Positions 20,374-28,858 of a stretch of DNA of 64,000 nucleotides are shown piece after piece. The stretch spans positions 1 to 64,000 of IMG/VR virus record IMGVR_UViG_3300023202_000068; one strand, 5' to 3'. This DNA comes from a virus. The notes beneath the pieces were generated by a model. The model was not told the origin of the DNA and did no database searches. It saw only the letters and a program-made list of their open reading frames with translations. Each line of letters opens with the position of its first letter. The stretch's first letter is position 1. Both the position numbers and the translations under genes were made by a program.

Positions 20374-21132
20374 TTAAACTAGTAAATGCTTAATGGTTTC
20401 AAGTTTAGCGTTGTCTAGATAGTACTGATTGATCTTTTCTTTATCAGACTTTTCTAGAGTTCCCTCACGAATTTTTGAAGAAAGTTTAGCAGAGATTTCA
20501 GATTTAGTAAGTTTTTCAACAGCTTCCTCTTTCTTCTCTTCCTTGATTTCCTCTTCAGACTTAGCAATGTACTCAATGCCAGTGTAGGCTTTTCTCTTAG
20601 GAGCAGCGCCTTTCTTAACATAGTCGGTCAATGCGGTCGTTAGATGTTCAAGTGATTTCTTCAACTCTTCGTTTTCCTTCTTTACAGCTTCTACTTCTGA
20701 TTTAAGAAGATCAGAAGACTCGTCTTTAACTTCTACTTCAGCAGCTTTGTCTTCAGACTTAGCCATTTTAGTTTCAGCTTGTTCTTCTACTATTTCTTCA
20801 GAAGATTCGACATCTAGGGCTTTTTGGATAGAAGCAAGGTGTGCTTCAGCTTCATTTTTGGACATTGAAGCGTACATTTTATCCATTTCTGCGATATCTT
20901 CTTGGTCATAGTCGAAGTCCGTTACGATTTCGTCTTCGTTCTTTTGAACTTCTGTTTCAGAAGCTTGAAGCTCTTCTTGCTTTTCAGGCTCAGTAACTTC
21001 TTCAGCTACTTCTTCTGATTTGGCAAGTACTTCTTCATTTTGGGCTTCTGACTTAGCAAGGTGCTCAGCGAACTGAGTCTCTACTTCACTAATCAGAGCA
21101 GCCATGTCTTGTTCAGAATATTTCATGTGCAA
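20374..21132 (-). CDS. capsid scaffold protein
   Basis: Acidic coiled coil directly upstream of MCP with many xxKS(E) motifs. Confidence 0.75.
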   Translation of the reverse strand: MHMKYSEQDMAALISEVETQFAEHLAKSEAQNEEVLAKSEEVAEEVTEPEKQEELQASETEVQKNEDEIVTDFDYDQEDIAEMDKMYASMSKNEAEAHLASIQKALDVESSEEIVEEQAETKMAKSEDKAAEVEVKDESSDLLKSEVEAVKKENEELKKSLEHLTTALTDYVKKGAAPKRKAYTGIEYIAKSEEEIKEEKKEEAVEKLTKSEISAKLSSKIREGTLEKSDKEKINQYYLDNAKLETIKHLLV

Positions 21133-21152
21133 ACTCCTTATTAGTTAAGTAA

Positions 21153-21554
21153 TTAAGAACCCTTAGTAGGCCAGCGAACGTCCCAAGAAATAGCATCAGC
21201 AGATGCATCAGCGATAGCTTCAGCAGTAGCAAGATCTGTTGCAGATGTCTTGAGTAAAGTTTTGTCGATTGCAACTTTAGATAGCTCAGCAATTACTTCT
21301 GCTAACTTCTTGTATGCAATAGCTTCATCGATAGCAAGAGTTGCTTGATGAGGTGCGAAAGCTAAAAGGTCATTCCCAAAGATATCTTTAGAAACGGCAT
21401 CAGCTTGCACAATTTCAATTGAAGCGTCTGAACCGACTGTAAGTTTTGGATTGCCCTCGGCTGTTTTGCTCTCAGTAGAGCTATAGCCTCGGAAAGCCAA
21501 TCGATCTTTCAGATCACGCACGACAGCTTCTGCTTTAGCAGTTGATTTAGCCAT
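21153..21554 (-). CDS. putative head/structural protein
   Basis: First gene of the capsid operon; GGAG RBS. Confidence 0.55.
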   Translation of the reverse strand: MAKSTAKAEAVVRDLKDRLAFRGYSSTESKTAEGNPKLTVGSDASIEIVQADAVSKDIFGNDLLAFAPHQATLAIDEAIAYKKLAEVIAELSKVAIDKTLLKTSATDLATAEAIADASADAISWDVRWPTKGS

Positions 21555-21712
21555 AGTTTTTCCTCCGAAAATTGTTAGGTTGAATGGTTTTTTGTAGAAA
21601 ACGCCCTATGTATAACTACTTACGTAAAGCTTGTTATTTTTGCATTGTAATTTTTATTTTTTTTTGTAAATATTTGTTTTTAAAGCGGTATATGTAAATG
21701 ACACAAATGCAA

Positions 21713-21721
21713 TAATCTTTA
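21713..21721 (+). promoter_or_regulatory. putative late promoter TAATCTTTA
   Basis: YAATCTTTA upstream of HNH gene. Confidence 0.7.
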
Positions 21722-21744
21722 ATATTTTACAAGGAGAAAACTTA

Positions 21745-22296
21745 ATGCCTCAGTATTACTATAAAAAACCATATAAACCATCTGACCCAAAAATCAAATT
21801 TAGAAAATGTAGGGAGTGTAAGCAAATTTTTCACTACAATAAGATGGAAGTAAATTTTATGTGTAAAAGTTGCTATACTAAGGTAAAGGGTAAAAAAAGA
21901 TGTACCAAGTGCTATCTTTTAAAACCTACAACAGAATATATTCAAACTAAAAAATCTAAAGATGGCTTTCATACAAAATGTAAAAAATGCACAAAAAGAG
22001 CCAAAGGCACTGGTAAATCAAGAGGTGAAAAATACAAAAAATGGTCTTCAGAGAGCAATAGAATTAAATTCTATAATAACAAAAGACGTTGTGGTATTAA
22101 AAACGCCACCATTCCTGGTTTTGAAAAACAAATTAAGGAGATATATGATGCGTGTCCAGAAGGACATAGTGTAGACCATATTGTTCCAATCACGCACGAA
22201 CTTGTATGTGGACTAAACGTGCCTTGGAATTTACAGTATCTGCCAACTTCTGTAAATATTGCTAAAAGTAATAAGTTAGAGCACCACAATCTTTAA
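21745..22296 (+). CDS. free-standing HNH homing endonuclease
   Basis: CxxC pairs; HSVDHIVP...VCGLNVPWNLQYL..SVNIAKSNK; AT-rich. Confidence 0.88.
   Translation: MPQYYYKKPYKPSDPKIKFRKCRECKQIFHYNKMEVNFMCKSCYTKVKGKKRCTKCYLLKPTTEYIQTKKSKDGFHTKCKKCTKRAKGTGKSRGEKYKKWSSESNRIKFYNNKRRCGIKNATIPGFEKQIKEIYDACPEGHSVDHIVPITHELVCGLNVPWNLQYLPTSVNIAKSNKLEHHNL
22287..22295 (+). promoter_or_regulatory. putative late promoter CAATCTTTA
   Basis: Upstream of prohead protease, overlapping HNH stop codon. Confidence 0.7.
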
Positions 22297-22327
22297 TAGG
22301 TAACCTGTCTAAAGGAAAAAACTTCAT

Positions 22328-24985
22328 ATGTCTGAAGAAAAAGAAATAAATGGAACTTTCATTGACGGTATAGCTGCCTCTGAACACCTTGATAGCTCTG
22401 GTGAAAGAATTAGGGTTGAAGGTATTGATATATCAAGCCTTACTAAGGACGGAGTCCTAAACATGGAACACCAAAGTAAGGAAGCTTCTGCAATTGTAGG
22501 TAAGATACTAAAAGCTAAAAAAATATTAAAAGAATCTGATTGTGAGACTGATAGACATAGGTATTTTTGGAATAAAATTAAAATACCATATCTATATATT
22601 ATGGGTGAGCTATTCGATGCTGATGGACACCAGGCAGCAAAAGATATTGCAGCCATGCTTAAGTACGACAAAAGAAAAAAGCATGAAGATAAAGAAACTA
22701 AGAAACTTATAAACTTTTCCATTGAAGGTTCACGCCTTGAGAAAAAAGGTGCGGAGATATTAAAATCCATAGCTCGTAAGGTATCTGTAACTATTACACC
22801 TTGCAATAAAGTGTGCGAAGCAGAATTACTACTTCCCGATCAAATTGTTAACAATGGTAAATTGAAGAAGTTTGGTCAGCACGAACAGAACTTTAGCATG
22901 ATTCAGGACCTTATGTCTAAAAAAGAAGAGCACTTTGCGTCCTGTGAGCCTATGGAAAAGGCAAATTGGGGTGAAATGGGCATTAACGCTACTATCAAGA
23001 ATGAGCTTCCAAAACCCTCAATCACCAATGAAGTCGGTGACATATCTAAGCCTAACAAGGGCTATGGTGCTATTAAAGATGCAACACCGAAGCCTCTAAA
23101 GCCTAATTATGGCAAGGTTATAGTTAAAAGTAAAAAGAAAAAAGAAAAGAAAAAGCCTGAGAAGCCTATGGAAAAGCGCGAGTTTTTTAGAAGAGTAGGT
23201 AATCGCTGGAATCAAATGAAGCAAAGACGCGCTATTGACCAAACTGCTAGAAAGATGCAGAACGAAAGAGAGTCACAAGGTATAGCTTTTGATCCAGATC
23301 AAACAGCTATGGCAAGCCCTAATAAGACTACCCTTAGAGCTGGAAAAAGACCGGCACCTCCGACCCAAATCGAAAGAGATTCTATTTTTGCAAAACCATC
23401 TACACCACTAGGTCAGTTCTCACCTAAATACGCTAAAGATTCAAAAGAATCTTCAGATCAAAAAGAAAAAAGAATTGGAGCAATTGATCAAGCTGTAACA
23501 AGGCAGACGAATACTCTGAATGATATGAGAGATCGAAAAAGAGCTATGATTTCTGGCTCAGCAAATGCCGATACCGTAGCTATAGACGGTAATCCTAGTG
23601 TTAAAAAAGCACTTACTGCAGGTTCTGCTGTAGGAGCACCCTCTACACTAACAGGTGGTGCTGCTTTAGGTAAGATGGCTACATCAATGGTTAACGAATC
23701 TGTCGTAACACCTTCAAAGGCTGGCTCATTTACTAAAGAAGAAAAGAAGAAGAAGAAAAAGAAGGCGCTTAAAGAAATGTCTGATGAAGCTTTTAATAAC
23801 TTTGAGAAGAAAGAAGAGCTTTTAGACTTCCTAGTCGATAAATTACCTAACAATTCTGCAGAAGAAATTATGGCGCTAGCTAAGACTGTAGCTTTTACAT
23901 CTATTAAGAAGAAAGAGTTAATGCTTGCAGACTTAATGAAGGCTAGTAAAAACGTGCGAGAGCAAAGAAAGAAAGTTTTTGGTAGCAAGTCTCAGCCTGG
24001 TAAGGGCTCTAAAATGCGAGACAAGCATATGGAAACAATTGGTATGTTTGCCGATAGATTTCTAGGTCTTCAGTTAAACCCTTCTGGTGGAAAGATTGAT
24101 GAAGAGACTGGTGGTCGCAGAAGTGATAAGCCTAAGGTTGGAGTAGACAAACCCGACTGGAGATCTGGTCAACTTGAAACCCAATGGAATCCTGAGGCTG
24201 CAGTTCATGAAATGGCTCATTTGATGTTATTACCACAAGGTATTGGTCTAGAAGATGGTCAAAGACTTATGGACCAACAATATAAAGACGTGCAGCGTGA
24301 CTACGGATATATGAAGCAAAAAGAATCAAGACATGAAGTACAACCAATGGCTGCGGAACAAATTATACGTAGAATGATGGGACTTCCAGCTTCTCAGGTA
24401 GCTAAGCAAGTTAAACCAGACGACCCAGAAAGAGTAGCTGTAGAAGACGGTAAAACCCCAATCGCACAACGAGTACAAAGAGGTAAGACTAGGCAGGGAG
24501 ATGCTAAGTATGTTGATCTTCTTAGGCTTTCTCAAAACTTGACTCCAGAAAACAGAAAAACACTTACGAGAAGACTTAGTGGACAGGAAGTTTTTCACCC
24601 AGAAAAGGGTTGGCACAATGCCGAGACTTCTGATGCAAAAATCAACACACGCGCTGAAGAAGAAAAAATGGACAAAGCAGAGGTCAAGGTTGAGGAAATG
24701 CAAATTGACCTGATGAAGGATAAAAAAAAGAAGAAAAAGCCTTTTAAGGGTTACAACTCTAAGAAACACGCCAAGACTGGTGGAATGAGCGACAAGGCTA
24801 GAGAAAAATACAACCGAGAAAACAATGCTGATTTAAAGAGACCTGTAACTTCCGATAACCCCAAGGGTAAAGCTAAAAAACGTAAAAAATCTTTTTGTGC
24901 TAGAATGAAGGGAAACAAAGGCCCCACCTCTAAAGACGGCGAGTTGACACCAAAAGGTGCAGCTTTAAAAAGGTGGAACTGCTAA
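22328..24985 (+). CDS. prohead protease fused to extra domains (zincin-like HEMAH domain, C-terminal basic SFCARM domain)
   Basis: IDGIAASEHLDSSGE...NMEH...FSIEG...VSVTITPCN (HK97/herpes-type protease pattern); AVHEMAH; RKKSFCARMKG...ALKRWNC. Confidence 0.82.
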   Translation: MSEEKEINGTFIDGIAASEHLDSSGERIRVEGIDISSLTKDGVLNMEHQSKEASAIVGKILKAKKILKESDCETDRHRYFWNKIKIPYLYIMGELFDADGHQAAKDIAAMLKYDKRKKHEDKETKKLINFSIEGSRLEKKGAEILKSIARKVSVTITPCNKVCEAELLLPDQIVNNGKLKKFGQHEQNFSMIQDLMSKKEEHFASCEPMEKANWGEMGINATIKNELPKPSITNEVGDISKPNKGYGAIKDATPKPLKPNYGKVIVKSKKKKEKKKPEKPMEKREFFRRVGNRWNQMKQRRAIDQTARKMQNERESQGIAFDPDQTAMASPNKTTLRAGKRPAPPTQIERDSIFAKPSTPLGQFSPKYAKDSKESSDQKEKRIGAIDQAVTRQTNTLNDMRDRKRAMISGSANADTVAIDGNPSVKKALTAGSAVGAPSTLTGGAALGKMATSMVNESVVTPSKAGSFTKEEKKKKKKKALKEMSDEAFNNFEKKEELLDFLVDKLPNNSAEEIMALAKTVAFTSIKKKELMLADLMKASKNVREQRKKVFGSKSQPGKGSKMRDKHMETIGMFADRFLGLQLNPSGGKIDEETGGRRSDKPKVGVDKPDWRSGQLETQWNPEAAVHEMAHLMLLPQGIGLEDGQRLMDQQYKDVQRDYGYMKQKESRHEVQPMAAEQIIRRMMGLPASQVAKQVKPDDPERVAVEDGKTPIAQRVQRGKTRQGDAKYVDLLRLSQNLTPENRKTLTRRLSGQEVFHPEKGWHNAETSDAKINTRAEEEKMDKAEVKVEEMQIDLMKDKKKKKKPFKGYNSKKHAKTGGMSDKAREKYNRENNADLKRPVTSDNPKGKAKKRKKSFCARMKGNKGPTSKDGELTPKGAALKRWNC

Positions 24986-25374
24986 TGAGTTCAACTAATC
25001 GCGTAGCCATGGCACTTATTTGCGACCACAAGGGTGATGTCTTAACAGGCATTAGAAATGACAATGGTAAATATACTGTCCCAGGAGGACACCTTAATAA
25101 GGGTGAAGACCCTTTTGAGGGAGTGGCGCGTGAATTGAAAGAAGAGTCTGGTCTTGACGCCAAGAGCATGAAAATAGTTAAAGTTACCAAGAAAGGTAAG
25201 ATGCTAGTTTATGTTATGAAAGTTGAAATTGACCCTAATCAAGAAGTTGATGCAACTCAAGATCCAGATCAAGAATGTGACACCTGGTTTTTCATGGACC
25301 CGAACGAAACTGTCCACAATCTCCATGTAGACTTAGAGGACAACACAGTCCTCCAAGCATGGATGGAAAGTTAA
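24985..25374 (+). CDS. NUDIX hydrolase
   Basis: GGHLNKGEDPFEGVARELKEESGL Nudix box; TAATG stop/start overlap with protease. Confidence 0.92.
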   Translation: MSSTNRVAMALICDHKGDVLTGIRNDNGKYTVPGGHLNKGEDPFEGVARELKEESGLDAKSMKIVKVTKKGKMLVYVMKVEIDPNQEVDATQDPDQECDTWFFMDPNETVHNLHVDLEDNTVLQAWMES

Positions 25375-25650
25375 TTATTTAGCTTTTACACTCATTTTTT
25401 CATAAGTAATTTCATCAGAACAAGACTCAATGACATCTGGATGTACAACTTCAAGAAGCCTCTTCTTGTTCAGGTTTTTTCTTGTAGCTTCAGAAATAGT
25501 TACAATCACATCTTCACCAACAAAATCTTCGGTAAAAATAGCTTTTAAGTTAGACTCTTCAGTCTTCAACTCTTTAAGAAGCTTACGAACCTCAAGAAGA
25601 CGCTTTGCAGATTGATTCTTAATATCTACGATTTCTTTTTTTGCACCCAT
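25375..25650 (-). CDS. hypothetical protein
   Basis: AGGAGG RBS and own -10-like element. Confidence 0.7.
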   Translation of the reverse strand: MGAKKEIVDIKNQSAKRLLEVRKLLKELKTEESNLKAIFTEDFVGEDVIVTISEATRKNLNKKRLLEVVHPDVIESCSDEITYEKMSVKAK

Positions 25651-25686
25651 AATTCCTCCTATTGTTTATATGTATATATTACACAA

Positions 25687-25950
25687 TTACGAGGCTTTTG
25701 TCAACTCCTTTTTTTGAGTATATATAAAAGTCCCTAACATCCCGAAGTGAGCTTCGTTGTGGTCGTTTTGAATAAAATTTTCGACCGCTATCTCTAATTC
25801 CGCAAATTCTATGCCAAGATTCACTGCGAGCTTAATAATTGACTTAAAATCACCCTCAAACTTACCACGAGGCGTCTCTAGTTGATACTTGTTATTCTCT
25901 CCTATATGTCTAAGGTAATACCCCTTCATTAGCGAAAAATCGTCTTGCAT
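25687..25950 (-). CDS. hypothetical protein
   Basis: AGGAGG RBS. Confidence 0.65.
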   Translation of the reverse strand: MQDDFSLMKGYYLRHIGENNKYQLETPRGKFEGDFKSIIKLAVNLGIEFAELEIAVENFIQNDHNEAHFGMLGTFIYTQKKELTKAS

Positions 25951-26177
25951 TGTCCCCTCCTATTTTTTAGTAGCCTATCTACATCTTTGATTTTATTACG
26001 TATTTCTAGCCAATCTTTAAGAATTGGGTTAGGACCTAGAGCTTCTTCCTGTCTTTTCAGACCTTCTCTTAAGCCTCGTAAGTACCCTAAACGATTAGCG
26101 TCCTCGTCAAAATTTTTCAGCAATATCTTCCAAGCTGATTTTTTATTTGGAAACTGTAGTAGTTTGTCTAAAATCAT
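25929..26177 (-). CDS. hypothetical protein
   Basis: AGGAGG RBS; TTGACT...TGTGTAAT promoter-like element upstream. Confidence 0.6.
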   Translation of the reverse strand: MILDKLLQFPNKKSAWKILLKNFDEDANRLGYLRGLREGLKRQEEALGPNPILKDWLEIRNKIKDVDRLLKNRRGQCKTIFR

Positions 26178-26232
26178 ACATCCTCCTGTTATTTATAATA
26201 ATTACACAAGTTGAGTAAAAAGTCAAACGTAA

Positions 26233-26241
26233 TAATCTTTA
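26233..26241 (+). promoter_or_regulatory. putative late promoter TAATCTTTA
   Basis: YAATCTTTA upstream of 26281. Confidence 0.7.
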
Positions 26242-26280
26242 AAGCGTGTACATATGTCTCAAATTTGAGGAGGACCGAAC

Positions 26281-26727
26281 ATGGCACTAAGTAAAGACAC
26301 TGAATTTCGCATAGACCACGCTGTCACTGACGACAAGGTTGGCGATGAAATTGCTGCAAGAATGGAAGTTAGCTCTAGCCCAGCTACAACTGCTGAAGCT
26401 GATGCTATATTAGCCCTACTCGATAAGAGCCAGGATGCTGCAATTGAAGAAAGAATGACTGTAGCCTTAGCTGGTGACGGTAAAGAGGGAAGAGAGATCT
26501 CAAAGAAAATGAGACTAATGATTCCAGTTCTTGAGGCTAGATCTGCAAACGAACCTGCAGACATTGTTGCTGCTAAAGCCGCAATGGGTTCTGAGCCTAT
26601 GAGCGAGAATGCTAGGTATCATCTTGAGCACGCACTTGGAAGCAAGGCTGCGGCTGATGAAGCTAAGGCATCTTATGACGCAATGGTAGCAGCTATACAA
26701 GCTGTAGACGAAGACGCTGAGGTATAG
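26281..26727 (+). CDS. Ala-rich late protein with internal repeat
   Basis: GAGGAGG RBS; repeated [L/M]Sxx...HA[V/L]...DE unit. Confidence 0.7.
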   Translation: MALSKDTEFRIDHAVTDDKVGDEIAARMEVSSSPATTAEADAILALLDKSQDAAIEERMTVALAGDGKEGREISKKMRLMIPVLEARSANEPADIVAAKAAMGSEPMSENARYHLEHALGSKAAADEAKASYDAMVAAIQAVDEDAEV

Positions 26728-26736
26728 GAGTTTTAA

Positions 26737-26913
26737 ATGAAAAAATCTGATAAAATGAGAAAGCTCATGGCTGAAATGGCTAAAAAGCCTGCTAAGAAAG
26801 CGCCTAAGAAAAAAGCAGAGAAAAAGTCTGAGCCTAAAAAAGAGAAAAAGTCCGAGAAGAAAGAGAGTATCGTCTCTAAAACTTTGAAGAAAATTGTTAA
26901 GAAGAAAGACTAA
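26737..26913 (+). CDS. 58-aa Lys-rich, histone H1-like peptide (not in ORF track)
   Basis: MKKSDKMRKLMAEMAKKPAKKAPKKKAEKKSEPKKEKKSEKKESIVSKTLKKIVKKKD; AGGAG RBS. Confidence 0.7.
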   Translation: MKKSDKMRKLMAEMAKKPAKKAPKKKAEKKSEPKKEKKSEKKESIVSKTLKKIVKKKD

Positions 26914-26937
26914 TATCTATAATATTTTGAATACAGA

Positions 26938-26960
26938 GCCCTCTTTATGAGGGTTTTTTT
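26938..26960 (+). terminator. intrinsic terminator between convergent genes
   Basis: AGCCCTC-TTTAT-GAGGGTT followed by T run. Confidence 0.6.
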
Positions 26961-27547
26961 ATTTCAAAATTGTCTTTCAAATACTTCTTTATAGCCTCAA
27001 GAGTACCTAACATGGGTGTTTCAGGCTCTACATCGATAGTTTCAAACTTTGTATTTCTAGACACCACGTGATTATCAAAGAGTCTCATCATTTGCACAAT
27101 CTTCTCTTCTCTAGAAAGGTCAAAGGCTCCTTCAGGTTCTTTCCCCATCATTTTCTGCTTTTGAACCATTCTCCTGTGAGCCTCTTTCACGTCATTCATT
27201 ACTAATAGGATATTGGCAGTGCCAAATTGGTGATACAAGCTGTCTTGTATAAAAATCAACTCTCTGTATTTTTCGATTACATCATTTGTGGGCATAGAGT
27301 CAACCAGGTCCGTCACCATCATTCTTGCAACAGACCCATCGTTTATTACGAGACCATACTCATTAGATTGTAAATATTCTAAAGTTTCTTTAGACATGTC
27401 AATTCCTGACTGAATGTTATCTATCAGGTGGTGAATTCTAACGTCTACACCAAAAGAAGTGAGGAAGGGCTTAAGTAGGTGAATCTGCGTTGTTTTCCCA
27501 GATCCCTCTGTCCCATCAATATTGATTATCCTTAGATACTTTTGCAT
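26945..27547 (-). CDS. thymidylate/dNMP kinase-like P-loop protein
   Basis: IINIDGTEGSGKTTQI; probable start MQKYL at 27547. Confidence 0.75.
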   Translation of the reverse strand: MQKYLRIINIDGTEGSGKTTQIHLLKPFLTSFGVDVRIHHLIDNIQSGIDMSKETLEYLQSNEYGLVINDGSVARMMVTDLVDSMPTNDVIEKYRELIFIQDSLYHQFGTANILLVMNDVKEAHRRMVQKQKMMGKEPEGAFDLSREEKIVQMMRLFDNHVVSRNTKFETIDVEPETPMLGTLEAIKKYLKDNFEIKKPS

Positions 27548-27570
27548 GTCTACATAATACCACAAAACGA

Positions 27571-27579
27571 CAATCTTTA
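27571..27579 (+). promoter_or_regulatory. putative late promoter CAATCTTTA
   Basis: Upstream of 27608. Confidence 0.7.
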
Positions 27580-27607
27580 CCATATACACTGTATTGGGAG
27601 CGTAAAT

Positions 27608-28030
27608 ATGCGAATTAATGCGAAAATAATTAAAAACGTAGCAAATGTCAATCAGTGGGAGTATGCATCAGAAGCCACAGTTCAAGAAGGTCAGATCAAT
27701 GAAGTATATATTCAATTGGTAGACTTAGACAAGACACATGCTGGTGAAAAATCAATAAACTTACCAGACTTTCCATTGAGATATATGACCCAAGCTGCTG
27801 TTTTTTCTGTATCTGTAAACTTTCCAGCCCTTGACCCTGATAATGCAATTGACGTAGTGGCTACCCAGCCATTTGCCGATGATAAGTCAATTTGGAAAGT
27901 AACCTTGGCTGCTAATCAAGTTCCTTTTGCAGGAAATATTGTTGTAACTCTTACAGAAGACGGTAACACAAGACAATTTGTTGTGCGTAGCGCATTGAAG
28001 GTTGACTTGCTTGAAGTTGGAGGCTGTTAA
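27608..28030 (+). CDS. beta-rich virion protein
   Basis: GGGAG RBS before ATG 27608; late motif upstream. Confidence 0.6.
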   Translation: MRINAKIIKNVANVNQWEYASEATVQEGQINEVYIQLVDLDKTHAGEKSINLPDFPLRYMTQAAVFSVSVNFPALDPDNAIDVVATQPFADDKSIWKVTLAANQVPFAGNIVVTLTEDGNTRQFVVRSALKVDLLEVGGC

Positions 28031-28851
28031 TGTCGGCTGATTATTCAGAAAGTAAATCATTTGGAACCAAAGGGTATCCAGTTGAGGGTTTCCAGGTATC
28101 AAATCTTTTTCGTAGATGTGAGACTCTCTTGGACCCAGAAACTTTTAAGTCTAGGTATCTTAAGGGTATCGACGTTGAAAAGTATTCTAATGATGAGTTG
28201 AAACAAGAGATAGAACTTGCTATGAATGAGTTTGAACTTCTTACAGATCTAAATGTAACAAACGTAACCTATAAAGAGCGCGTTCCTTTTGATAGAGCGG
28301 CGTATCAATCCTTTGTCTACATGAAGTTAAATAACGGTCCTATCAGGAGTATTGAAGAGGTTTTAATTGAGAGTTCAAATGGGGAAAGTATTTACAAACT
28401 CCCTTCTCAATGGATTGAGGTTGGACATGCTCACAAAAGACAGATCAACTTAATCCCAATTCTTTCTATATTTGGTTCTGCAGGTCTTAAGGACGGTCAA
28501 GCTAGTAACGCTGGACTTATCTTTATCCAAGCTGTGAATAACTTTCGATGGCTACCTGCTTTTTATTCTGTAACATATACATGTGGACTTACCAATAAAG
28601 ACGGTGAGCTTCCAATTGTGGTAAATGATGTTATAGGCATGACTGCTGCGATTGAGGTTTTGTCATCTTTACAGACTAACTTTCTTTACAACTCTACTGC
28701 AATCAGTCAAGATGGTATTTCACAGTCCGCTAGTGGTGCTGGTCCTCAAACTTACCAGGCTAGAATTGACAAGCTCAAAGAAAGAAGAGAAAGAATGCTT
28801 CAGAAAATTAGAGCCCAATTCCATCAGAAATACTACATGTCAAACATTTAG
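28030..28851 (+). CDS. head-tail adaptor/neck protein
   Basis: VTYTCG...LP..V...IGMTAAIEVL...ISQDGISQS adaptor-like pattern. Confidence 0.65.
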   Translation: MSADYSESKSFGTKGYPVEGFQVSNLFRRCETLLDPETFKSRYLKGIDVEKYSNDELKQEIELAMNEFELLTDLNVTNVTYKERVPFDRAAYQSFVYMKLNNGPIRSIEEVLIESSNGESIYKLPSQWIEVGHAHKRQINLIPILSIFGSAGLKDGQASNAGLIFIQAVNNFRWLPAFYSVTYTCGLTNKDGELPIVVNDVIGMTAAIEVLSSLQTNFLYNSTAISQDGISQSASGAGPQTYQARIDKLKERRERMLQKIRAQFHQKYYMSNI

Positions 28852-28858
28852 GACAATC

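Noticed and set aside
28652-28858. ORF-track N-terminal extension of the polyprotein
   Set aside because: Overlaps the neck gene; ATG 28859 has an RBS and follows the upstream stop
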